NCBI GenBank assembly: GCA_947491025.1
Contig: CANLIC010000002.1
Coordinates: forward strand, 128,285-192,284
Reading direction: 5' to 3'
DNA from: Myxococcales bacterium
Lineage (GTDB): Bacteria > Myxococcota_A > UBA9042
Length of the DNA: 64,000 nt
In this document: positions 26,901-34,483 of the stretch, piece by piece
Numbering within the stretch: position 1 is the stretch's first letter
Layout of the letters: each line of letters opens with the position of its first letter
Notes under the pieces: model-generated
Told to the model about the DNA's origin: nothing
What the model saw: the letters and a program-made list of their open reading frames with translations, nothing else
The model's database searches: none
Position numbers and translations under genes: made by a program

Positions 26901-28245
26901 CCTTGCAGGTCTCTTGGGCGCACAGCTCATTGGACGTGCAGGGGTTGCCGTCGTTGCAGGGCTGACCGTTCTTGTTGTTGTACGTGCACTTGCCGTCTGC
27001 CAGGTTGCACTTGCCGAGCATGCAGGTGTCGCCGGAGTCGCAGGCCTTGGCGCTGCCGGCGAGGCAGGTGCCGTCCTTGCACTGGTCGGCGACCGTGCAG
27101 GGGTTGTCGTCGGCGTTACAGGGATCGCCGCTGGCCGGCGCGGTCTGGCAGCCGAGCTTGGCGTCGCAACTGTCGTTGGTGCAGGGATTGGCGTCGTTGC
27201 AGGCCTTGGCCGCGCCAGCCTTGCACTTGCCGGCGTCGCAGCTGTCGTTCTCGGTGCAGATCGAGCCGTCGGCATCGCAGGGTGCGCCGGTGTTGGCGTT
27301 GTGCGTGCAGCCCTTGTCGCCACTACAGGCGTCGGTGGTACAGGGGTTTCCGTCGTCGCAGGTGCCGTCGTCGGTCTTGCCGTTGCAGTCGTTGTCGACG
27401 CCGTCGCAAGTCTCGGTGGAGGCCTTGGGGGCGTCGCAGGCGGTCAGGCCGCCACCGTCAGGGGCGCCAGGCGCGCCGGCAGGCAGACAGGTCCGGCTGC
27501 CAGCGCACGTGCCGCCGTTGCTGTGGGGCACGTGGCAGGTGGTGGTCGCGCCCGCGGCGATGGCGCCCGGCGAGCACGCGCAAACTTCATTCGGCGGCAT
27601 CACGCAGTACTTCGCGGACTTGCCGGTGATGTCGGTGGCGGTCTCGCAGAGGGCCCCTTGCGGGCAGTCGACGGTGCTGTTGCAGCTGTTGCCGCAGAAT
27701 GAACCGTCGTTGCCACGCTTGATGCACGCGGCGTTGAGGGCGCCGGCGGCGCCGCAGCTGTCGTTGGTCGTGCAAGGGGCGCAGTGGGTGGCGAATTTGG
27801 GGACGCAGACCTTGTCTACCGCGCTGCCCGTGCCCGCGATCTCGACGCAGGTCTCACCCTCAGGACAAGCGCCGTCGTCGCACTTCTGAGCGCAGACTTT
27901 GGTGGCCTTGCCGGCCTGGATGCAGTGGCCAGAGTAGCAGCCGTCGTCCGCCTTGCACTCGCAGCCGGGGCCGCCAGGGCAGGAAAGGGAGACCTCCGCG
28001 CCGTCCACGGCGGTGTCGCTTTCGACGGTGTCGACGCCGACGGTGTCACCCGCCACGTCGCTGCCTTCGCCGACATCGCCCGCCGTGACGTCGGTGCCGC
28101 CGGTGCTGGTTTCCTCGCCTTCCACCGTGGTGTCGCCGTCGCCGCAGCCGATGGCCAGGACTGCGAGAAATGTGAACGCAACGACCAGCCGAAGGGGCTG
28201 TGGCGCTGTGCACGCGCCAAGCTGCAAACGCAGGAAGTCGTTCAT
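23959..28245 (-). CDS. Giant Cys-rich repeat lipoprotein (1428 aa; CTDC-like CDDGNxCTxDxC repeats, two CDGxDNDC(D/N)G motifs)
   Basis: Lipobox FLAVLAIGC, then an acidic linker, then roughly 13% Cys by hand count. It has three super-repeats, each opening with CGC(E/N)xDxDCAxKEDGNxCNGTLxCD. Its C-terminus reads ELCDGKDNDCDGITDEGC...ADFGFFGWVLSLLGK. Confidence 0.85.
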   Translation of the reverse strand: MNDFLRLQLGACTAPQPLRLVVAFTFLAVLAIGCGDGDTTVEGEETSTGGTDVTAGDVGEGSDVAGDTVGVDTVESDTAVDGAEVSLSCPGGPGCECKADDGCYSGHCIQAGKATKVCAQKCDDGACPEGETCVEIAGTGSAVDKVCVPKFATHCAPCTTNDSCGAAGALNAACIKRGNDGSFCGNSCNSTVDCPQGALCETATDITGKSAKYCVMPPNEVCACSPGAIAAGATTTCHVPHSNGGTCAGSRTCLPAGAPGAPDGGGLTACDAPKASTETCDGVDNDCNGKTDDGTCDDGNPCTTDACSGDKGCTHNANTGAPCDADGSICTENDSCDAGKCKAGAAKACNDANPCTNDSCDAKLGCQTAPASGDPCNADDNPCTVADQCKDGTCLAGSAKACDSGDTCMLGKCNLADGKCTYNNKNGQPCNDGNPCTSNELCAQETCKGGAVNCDDGSPCTADSCDPATGCLHKAAAGPCNDADSCTQKDNCEAGKCVGIAIDVTASCNDNDACTTDSCEAKAGCVHTPKIAGPCDDGNVCTLNDACQNGKCISGPNNCGCEADKDCATKEDGNLCNGTLFCDISAKPFQCKVKPTTVVACDTSLNGECQQNACNASTGKCAITQATDGKPCDSDSSVCTKDDQCKAGTCQTGALVGCDDKNPCTDDACDAKNGCSFKPNTTPCDADGDSCTVLDVCASGTCVPGKGKDCDDKEFCTDDLCEKATGKCANKPRVDKCDDANLCTTDDACGVEPTTKLYTCVGGKNLDCNDKNPCTTDQCDAVKGCIFSSVGDGANCEDGNACTAGDSCAKGKCAGQPIDVKVKCDDGNPCTTDVCDAEKGCVHNADDVAICDDGNACTKNDFCKDGKCAAGVNTCGCNADIDCASKEDGNLCNGTLYCDKSAQPFQCKVNPGTVVNCDTSLNSTCQQNACNPTSGKCGISKEKDGTPCKADDNVCTTTDACTDGICKPGPLLTCDDKSTCTSDACDPKAGCVATPLSGPCNDDDACTELDACQGGICKGAPFNDKVKCDDGNDCTLDVCDSKSGCLNKVLDGKTCDDGNSCTQNDACVQGKCKGGANTCGCEKDLDCAGKEDGNACNGTLFCDKDKQCKINPVTVIACDTSSDNFCKKTDCDVKLGKCVATLKTDGASCDADESLCTTQDACAAGACKPGKLLVCDDKNACTADSCDPKLGCVHTAQGGDCNADDDACTAGDACQSGKCVAGKQTTCDDKNPCTSDSCDTTTGKCGFKELIQSCSDDNACTSGDNCGKNASGAWVCIAGKTLTCEDGNVCTEDSCSTSKGCANVVNTNLSDACYSHDAKTRGKGECKDGVKLCQADGSLGVCKGDKGPTEELCDGKDNDCDGITDEGCAPTAFVARHGNGSLSSKGDKFGMQAQIGMSNVAGKAPAPQDAKNSADFGFFGWVLSLLGK

Positions 28246-28318
28246 GTTCCCCCCTCAGAGCCGTGGTCACGCGCGTTGGGGCGAGCGCTAGCGTGCGATG
28301 TGCGCCTGTGGCGGGGCT

Positions 28319-28387
28319 TCCCACCGCAGTCGCTTTTGGTCTCCCACCGCAGGACGGATCATGCCCATCCCCCAGGATCGCCGTCAA
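28319..28387 (-). promoter_or_regulatory. Candidate promoter plus an 11-nt direct repeat upstream of the giant Cys-rich gene
   Basis: The minus strand has TTGACG (28387-28382), an 18-nt spacer and CATGAT (28363-28358). It also has two perfect copies of CTGCGGTGGGA (plus-strand TCCCACCGCAG at 28319-28329 and 28342-28352), spaced 23 nt start to start. Confidence 0.3.
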
Positions 28388-28457
28388 GAGCCGCCGCCGC
28401 AGTGGGTGCATGGGTGGGCGGGTCGGTTGAGCGCCGTAGGGCGTCCTGCGTGGGAAT

Positions 28458-30251
28458 CTACTTGCACACTGGCGATGAGACGCCCGTGGTGTGGCAGGTC
28501 TTGCCGACCTCGCAGAGGACGTTCGACATGGCCTCCCAGGGGCCGTAGCCCTTCACGGAGGAGCTGCACTTGCTCTCGTGGTCGCCGGTGCAGCCGTAGC
28601 CGACCTTGCGGACATGGCCCTGATTGTCTTCGCACTTGTACTCGACACTCTTGCTGTCGGAGTAGCAGAGAGTGCCCTTGGGTAGCATCTCTTGGGCGCC
28701 GACATCGCAACAGACGCCCTTGCTGCAGCACAGCGGGTTGGGGGCGATGGCGCAGGTGCCGTCACCTTTGCAGACAGCCTTCTGGCAAGGGCCTGGCTGG
28801 ACCTGGGTGGCGCACTCCGCGTCTGCCTTGCAGCAGAAGGCCGTGGTCGCTTTGCCCTGGCAGACCAGCTGGCTCGTGCACGCGTCCTCCTTGGTGCAGT
28901 TGTTGCTGTCGTCGCAGGCCTTGCCGATGTTGGCCTTCCACTGGGTCGGTGTCGCAGGATCGCAGACCTCGCAGCCGCCGGAGTTGGGCTTGCTGGCGCC
29001 CTTGGCGACACAGGCCCCGGCGATGAGGCAGGTGTCTGCAGCGACGGTGAAGGCTGAGGTCGACTTCTCGGGCTGGCAGGTGGCGCAGGCTCCGGCCGGA
29101 CTGACCGCACCCTTGTCGTAGCAGGCGCCGTCGACCGCGCAGGTTCCGGGCTTGCCGCTCCAGGCGGTCTGGCTCTGCGCCGCGTCGCAGACCTGGCAGG
29201 ACCCTGCCTGGCCGCTGGAACCGGTCGCGATGCAGGCGCCATCGATGTGGCACTGGCCGCTGAGGATCGTCCAGGCGTCCTTGCTGCTCTGGGGCTGGCA
29301 GGTCCGGCATTCCTGATCCGCCGCGCTGGCCTTGGCGCCCGCGGCGATGCACTCGCCGTCGATGAAGCATTTGTTGGGTTCTGGGCTCCACGCCTTGGGC
29401 TCGACGTCTGGCTTGCAGCGCTGGCAGCCACCCGTACCTGGCTTGGCGTCGCCGGCCTTCCAGCAACCACCGTCGATGTGGCAGCTCGACGCGGAGAGCT
29501 TGTGCTGGCAGGCGCCGCCTTTGGGATCGCAGCTGTCGATGGTGCAGTCGACGCCATCGTCGCAGGGCTTGGGCTGGATGCTGCAGGTGCCGTCGATGCA
29601 CTTGGCGAAAGCGCAGACGCCGTCGCCGCCGGCACACGCAGCGTCGGAGGTGCAGCAACCGGCGAAAGGCAGGTTCATGCAGAGCTTCTGCGCCCCCTTC
29701 TGCTGGCAGCTGTCGGTGGTGCACGGGTCTCCATCGTCGCAGTCTGCGCTCGCCTGGCAGGCGCATGCGCCGAGGTAGCCGCCGTCGCCGCCGCAACAAG
29801 CGTCGCTGCTGCCGAGGCAGCCGTGGTGGCAGTGGCAGGCGTTGTCCTCGAGAAAGAGGCCGCAGGAACCGGCACAATCGACGATCGGCGGGGGCGGGCC
29901 AGCGTCGGCAGCGCCGGTATCACCAGCGGCTGTATCTGGCGCTGGCCTGGCGTCGGGGTCGGTGTCGGGATCGGCGCTGGCGTCGCTCTCGCCCTTGGCC
30001 TCTGCGGGGTCGGCGACGTCTGCGCCGGTTGGGTCGGTCGCCCCATCAGCGTCGTCGGTGCCAAAGGTAAAGCCCCCGCTGTCGGCGTCCTGCGTGCTGG
30101 GAAGCCCCAGGGCTTCGTCCTTGTCGCTTGCGTCCTCATCGGCGCCGCAGCCGGACGCGACCGCGAGCCAAAGAAGCAGCGGCGCGAGGCGTCGAGACCT
30201 GCCCCAGTCGGGCACCACCGCCGTCTGGCTGTTCACCGGAATTGTCCGCAT
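28458..30251 (-). CDS. Cys-rich secreted lipoprotein (597 aa), paralog of the 1..1862 gene
   Basis: Start set at the ATG at 30251 (MRTIPVNS...LLLWLAVASGC lipobox). The track start at 30962 adds 237 implausible Arg-rich residues. It has an acidic linker, then DCAGSCGLFLEDNACHCHHGCLGSSDACC, CTDC-like units, five repeats of about 38 aa (CxIDGxC...CxxCxP...W) and a C-terminal GVCCD...EYKC...GCTG module. Confidence 0.8.
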   Translation of the reverse strand: MRTIPVNSQTAVVPDWGRSRRLAPLLLWLAVASGCGADEDASDKDEALGLPSTQDADSGGFTFGTDDADGATDPTGADVADPAEAKGESDASADPDTDPDARPAPDTAAGDTGAADAGPPPPIVDCAGSCGLFLEDNACHCHHGCLGSSDACCGGDGGYLGACACQASADCDDGDPCTTDSCQQKGAQKLCMNLPFAGCCTSDAACAGGDGVCAFAKCIDGTCSIQPKPCDDGVDCTIDSCDPKGGACQHKLSASSCHIDGGCWKAGDAKPGTGGCQRCKPDVEPKAWSPEPNKCFIDGECIAAGAKASAADQECRTCQPQSSKDAWTILSGQCHIDGACIATGSSGQAGSCQVCDAAQSQTAWSGKPGTCAVDGACYDKGAVSPAGACATCQPEKSTSAFTVAADTCLIAGACVAKGASKPNSGGCEVCDPATPTQWKANIGKACDDSNNCTKEDACTSQLVCQGKATTAFCCKADAECATQVQPGPCQKAVCKGDGTCAIAPNPLCCSKGVCCDVGAQEMLPKGTLCYSDSKSVEYKCEDNQGHVRKVGYGCTGDHESKCSSSVKGYGPWEAMSNVLCEVGKTCHTTGVSSPVCK

Positions 30252-30287
30252 GCTCGCCTCTAGCCCCGCGCGGGGCGATCGCGGGCA

Positions 30288-31691
30288 GTGTACGACCGCT
30301 GGCGCCCGCGTCCAGGGAAGGGGAGGCGCGACGTGGCGGGGTGGGGATTGTCGGTCCCGGGTGCTTCGAAGGCGGGCCGGCGGTCTCCGTTGGCGGCAGC
30401 GTGGGCAGTCGCGTTGGGGCTCCTGTGGGCGCCTATGCCGGCCGAGGGCCACCTGATCGATGAAGTCGCGGAGTCGCTCTACTGCGACCTGCAGACGGCC
30501 GATCGCCGCGAGTGGCGCATGACGTGGTTCCTGGACGCGGGTCGCGTCGCGGCCACCTTCGACGCTTTGGCGGCGGCGGGCCAGTCTGGCGATCGTTCGG
30601 CCGCGACCTTTGCCGCACGACTGGCGGAGGGCTTCGCGATGCCCGGCTGCGAGGTGGCCCCTCTGGAACCAGCGGAGGTGCCGCTCGTCGATAGGCCTCA
30701 GATGCGGGCATTTGCCTTGCGCGCCCGCTGTGAAGGGCCCCTCGAGACGTTGGTGCTGCAGCGCGTCGCGTACGATCGTGTTCGGACCCGCGCCACGCTC
30801 TACGTCAGCCTGCGGGTGGGCGGCGAACCGGACCGCCGCCTGCTGCTGCCGCCGCGACTTGCTGCGCTCGAGGTCCCGCTGCGAACCGGCGTGGCGGAGA
30901 GCGATCGCAGAGGAGCAGCCCAAAGGGGCCACAACCAACGTCTGGAGCGGCACGGAGACCACGACGACGATGAGGAGTCCACCGCCATGCCGGGCTTGCG
31001 GCCCGGCGATCCGGTCGACACTGCGCGGCTACCGGCGGCAGGTCAGTCCGCGCCGCTCTGGCGTAGGTTGCCGCCGTGGCCACTTCTGCTGGCCTGGGCC
31101 GAGATGGGGGCGCTGCACATGGCCGGCGGCGTCGACCACCTGTTGATGCTGGTCGCCTTGGCGTTGGCAGCTCGGCGGATCGGGGCGCTGCTGTGGGCGG
31201 TTGCGGGCTTCTCAGCGGGTCACATGGTCACAATGGCGTGGGCAATTGCGGCGGCCTGGCCGCCCTTGCCGCTTGTCGAGGCGGCCATCGGGGCGACGCT
31301 CGTCTGCGCGGGCCTGGTCGCGGCGCGGTCACGGCCAGCCGAGGTTGCGGGGATTGCCGCCCTGTCGGACGAGGCCGGGGCGGCGGATCAAGGCGGCGCG
31401 TGGGTCGGGGCGACGCTGGCCCTCGGTTGCGGCCTCATCCATGGCGCGGCGTTCGGCGCCGAGCTGCGCCACGCGGTCGGCACCGGCGACGGACTGCTCG
31501 CGCCGGTCCTGGCGTTCGCCGTCGGGCTCGACGTGGTGCAGATGCTCGCCGCCGGAGCGGCTTTCGCGCTGCTCTGGGTGACGCGGCGACGGCTGCCGAC
31601 CCTTCACGAGCGCCTGCGCCGCGGACTTGGCCTCGCGGTCGCGGCCGCCGGCTTGGCGCTGGCGCTTCGGGCGTTGCTGGATGTCCCATAG
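30288..31691 (+). CDS. HupE/UreJ-like membrane protein with a long N-terminal periplasmic domain
   Basis: The signal-like segment AAWAVALGLLWAPMPAEG is followed by His (HLIDE). The C-terminal half reads GALHMAGGVDHLLMLVALALA plus 5-6 hydrophobic helices, matching the HxxxGxDHllFll signature. The exact start is uncertain. Confidence 0.6.
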   Translation: MYDRWRPRPGKGRRDVAGWGLSVPGASKAGRRSPLAAAWAVALGLLWAPMPAEGHLIDEVAESLYCDLQTADRREWRMTWFLDAGRVAATFDALAAAGQSGDRSAATFAARLAEGFAMPGCEVAPLEPAEVPLVDRPQMRAFALRARCEGPLETLVLQRVAYDRVRTRATLYVSLRVGGEPDRRLLLPPRLAALEVPLRTGVAESDRRGAAQRGHNQRLERHGDHDDDEESTAMPGLRPGDPVDTARLPAAGQSAPLWRRLPPWPLLLAWAEMGALHMAGGVDHLLMLVALALAARRIGALLWAVAGFSAGHMVTMAWAIAAAWPPLPLVEAAIGATLVCAGLVAARSRPAEVAGIAALSDEAGAADQGGAWVGATLALGCGLIHGAAFGAELRHAVGTGDGLLAPVLAFAVGLDVVQMLAAGAAFALLWVTRRRLPTLHERLRRGLGLAVAAAGLALALRALLDVP

Positions 31692-31748
31692 CGCACCCTG
31701 GGGCGGGCGCGCCGGCTCGGGCGCGCAGGCGGTGGGCGCGGCGTCCAG

Positions 31749-34409
31749 CTAGCCGGCGGCCGGACGCTCTCCGAGCACGACCTGCAGACGCAGCGTGCCT
31801 TCGCCAACGCTGACCCAGCCCTCGCCTTCGGCGTCGGTGGTGTCGAGGCGCTCGACGGCCTGGGCGCGGGCGGCGGCCATCCAGTCGCCGTGGATGCGCG
31901 CGATGCGGGCGGCTTGCTCGGCGTCACTGGCGACACGCAGCAGGGCGACCGGCGTGCCGAGGCCGACGCGGGCCGCGGTCTTGGCCTGGCGGACGGCGCC
32001 GACGAGGTCGACCAGGAGCGCGCCATCGGCGAGCGCGTCGGGGTCGACGCGGCCATCGAAGACATCGATCGCGCCGGTCGCTTCGTCCTTGGGCCAGGCG
32101 GCGACATGGATGCTGAGGGGCGAGCCGTCGCCGAGGATCGGCTTGAGGCCGCGCTGGTAGAGCTCCTCGGTCAAGAAGGGCAAGAAGGGCGCGAAAAGCC
32201 GCAGCAGCGCCCACGAGCCGACGAGGACCGTCCGCTGCGCTGCTTCGACCTCGGCAGCCGACCAGGTGTCGCCGGCGCGCAGACGATCCTTCACGATCTC
32301 GAGGTAGTTGTCGCACCAGTCGCGCCAGAAGAAGCCCTCGACGGCCCGCACCGCGCGGCTGTACTCGTAGGCGCTGAGGGCATCGGTGGCGGCTTCGACC
32401 GTCTCGATGAGGCGGCTGCGAATCCAGCGATCGGCAGCAGTTGGAGCCTCGTCTTGGCCGGGATCGATGCGGAAGCCCTGCAGGCCATCGAGTGCGAACT
32501 TGCTCGCGTTCCACAGCTTGGTCAGCAGGCGCTTGCCGCCTTTGACGTCCTCTTCGAGGTAGCGGAGGTCGTTTCCAAGCGTTGCGCCGGCCGCCCAGTA
32601 GCGAAGGGCATCCGCGGAGTACTTGGAGATGACCTCAGCCGGATCGACGAAGTTGCCGAGGCGTTTCGACATCTTCTTGCCCTGCTTGTCGAGGCCCCAG
32701 CCCGAGATCATCACGTCGCGCCAGGGCAACGCGTCGTTGTGGAAGTGGCCCTTGGCTAGGGTGTAGAAGAGCCACGTGCGAATGATCTCAAATGCCTGCA
32801 CGCGCACCGTCATCGGCAGGAGCTCGGGCCGCGGCTGCGCGTCGGCGTCGTCGTGGAGTGGCGGGCGCTCCCAGAATGCCCAGTTGGCGTTGATGAGCGG
32901 CGTCAGCGAGGACGTCATCCAGGTGTCCATCACGTCTTCTTCCGGCCGCAGGACCACACCTTCGGGGACCTGGGCGCGAACGGATGGCGGCGGCGCGTCC
33001 ATCAGCGGGTCCAGCGGCAGATCCGCGACGTCGGGCAGCACCGGGGCGCCGGTGTCTTCGCGGTACCACACGGGGAACGGAACGCCATAGAAGCGCTGCC
33101 GGCTGATGTTCCAGTCCCACTTAAGGCCCTCCACCCAGGCCTCGAAGCGGTCGCGCATGAACTCGGGGTACCAGCGCAGCTCGCGGCCACGCTGAAGGAA
33201 CGCCTCGCGGTGGTCGAGCAACCGGACGAACCACTGCGGGACAACCTGGATCTCGATCGGGGTGCCGCTGCGCTCGGAGACGGCAGCGCGGCTGACGTTG
33301 TCGTTGACGCATAGCAGGTGCCCCTCACGCTCGAGGAGATCGCGCGCCGCCTGCCGCGCCTCGGGCAACTTGGCGCCCTTGGCCAGCACGTGCACCCGCT
33401 TTCCGTGCAATTCCGGCAGGTCTGGCGTGTCCATGCTGCCGTCGGCGGCGACGATGAGGCGCGTCTCAAGGCTGTGGGCGCGCCACTTCTGAATGTCCTC
33501 TTGATCGCCGAACGTGCACACCATCATCAGGCCGGTGCCGAAGCTGGGATCGACGGCCGGGTCGCGGATCAGGCGGACGGTCCGGTGGGCAGCGCGGCTG
33601 CCATCGGTGCGCAGGTCGGTCAGCGGCACCAGGAAGCGGGCGTCCGCCGGCAGGCGGGTATCGTCTGGGTGGCAAGCGATGGCGACGCAAGCCGGCACCA
33701 GCTCGGGCCGCGTGGTGTCGATGATCGCAGGCTCGCCCCCATCGGCGCCGTCGAAACGCAGCCGGTGCAGGGGCCGGGACTCCTCGGGGCCGGGCTCGAC
33801 GTCGGTCTGGGCCAGCGCGGTCTGCATCCGCGGGTCCCAGAGGATGGGCTCGGCTCGGCGTTCGATCAGACCCATCCGCGCGAGCTCGACAAAGCTGCGC
33901 TGGGCATGAACCGTGGCGCGCGGCGCGATGGTCGAATACGTCATCCGCCAGTCGACCGAGAGGCCGAGCGAGCGCCAGAGCTCCTCGTAGACCTTGGCGC
34001 CCTTGCGGGTCTCTTCGAGGCAGAGCGCGATGAACTCAGCGCGCGTGCAGTTGCCCTTGTGCTTGCCGTGGACCTTCTCGACGTAGCGCTCGGTGGGCAA
34101 CCCGTTGTCGTCAAAGCCCATCGGGTAAAAGACGGCCCGGCCGCGCATGCGCTGGAAGCGGACCACGAACTCGGCCTGCGAATAGCTCATGGCGTGGCCG
34201 ACGTGCAGGTGGGCGGCCGAAACGTAGGGCGGCGGGGTGTCGACCGAGAACGTTCGGCCCGCGCGCGCGGCCGGACTCTCGCTGTCGTAGCGGTAGATGC
34301 CCCACTCGGCCCAGGCATCGGCCCAGCGCGCCTCTGCCGCGATGTGGTCGTAATTTTTGGACAGTTCGCCACCGGTCGGCGGGGCTACGGGCTGCGAGTC
34401 GGCGGACAT
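31749..34409 (-). CDS. valS: Valine--tRNA ligase (short, actinobacterial/archaeal-like type)
   Basis: 886 aa with PPPYVSAAHLHVGHA (HIGH region), GFDDNGLPTERYVEK and GKKMSKRLGN (KMSKS). GTAGGAGAG lies upstream of the ATG. Confidence 0.8.
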   Translation of the reverse strand: MSADSQPVAPPTGGELSKNYDHIAAEARWADAWAEWGIYRYDSESPAARAGRTFSVDTPPPYVSAAHLHVGHAMSYSQAEFVVRFQRMRGRAVFYPMGFDDNGLPTERYVEKVHGKHKGNCTRAEFIALCLEETRKGAKVYEELWRSLGLSVDWRMTYSTIAPRATVHAQRSFVELARMGLIERRAEPILWDPRMQTALAQTDVEPGPEESRPLHRLRFDGADGGEPAIIDTTRPELVPACVAIACHPDDTRLPADARFLVPLTDLRTDGSRAAHRTVRLIRDPAVDPSFGTGLMMVCTFGDQEDIQKWRAHSLETRLIVAADGSMDTPDLPELHGKRVHVLAKGAKLPEARQAARDLLEREGHLLCVNDNVSRAAVSERSGTPIEIQVVPQWFVRLLDHREAFLQRGRELRWYPEFMRDRFEAWVEGLKWDWNISRQRFYGVPFPVWYREDTGAPVLPDVADLPLDPLMDAPPPSVRAQVPEGVVLRPEEDVMDTWMTSSLTPLINANWAFWERPPLHDDADAQPRPELLPMTVRVQAFEIIRTWLFYTLAKGHFHNDALPWRDVMISGWGLDKQGKKMSKRLGNFVDPAEVISKYSADALRYWAAGATLGNDLRYLEEDVKGGKRLLTKLWNASKFALDGLQGFRIDPGQDEAPTAADRWIRSRLIETVEAATDALSAYEYSRAVRAVEGFFWRDWCDNYLEIVKDRLRAGDTWSAAEVEAAQRTVLVGSWALLRLFAPFLPFLTEELYQRGLKPILGDGSPLSIHVAAWPKDEATGAIDVFDGRVDPDALADGALLVDLVGAVRQAKTAARVGLGTPVALLRVASDAEQAARIARIHGDWMAAARAQAVERLDTTDAEGEGWVSVGEGTLRLQVVLGERPAAG

Positions 34410-34483
34410 CGGCTCTCCTACAGGGGCTCCGGCCAGCGCGCCGCCGGTTCAAAAACGGACGCAGCCAAGTGGGAATGGTGGGC

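Noticed and set aside
23653-27889. Several long, strikingly repetitive ORFs overlapping the giant Cys-rich gene, for example 24494..25975 (+, SSQ/LPS-rich), 23653..25479 (+) and 26339..26923 (-)
   Set aside because: They are alternative-frame or antisense readings of the Cys-repeat gene, and their periodicity is inherited from it. Only the 23959..28245 minus frame has a lipobox and a coherent disulfide-domain pattern.
28458-30962. Long N-terminal extensions on track ORFs, for example 30962, 24020, 21933, 16958, 15270, 11021, 8188 and 38240
   Set aside because: In each case the extension is Arg/Pro/Ala-rich. It overlaps the upstream gene or intergenic region, and an internal ATG preceded by a GGAG-type site immediately starts a signal peptide or a conserved N-terminus. 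The shorter starts were annotated.
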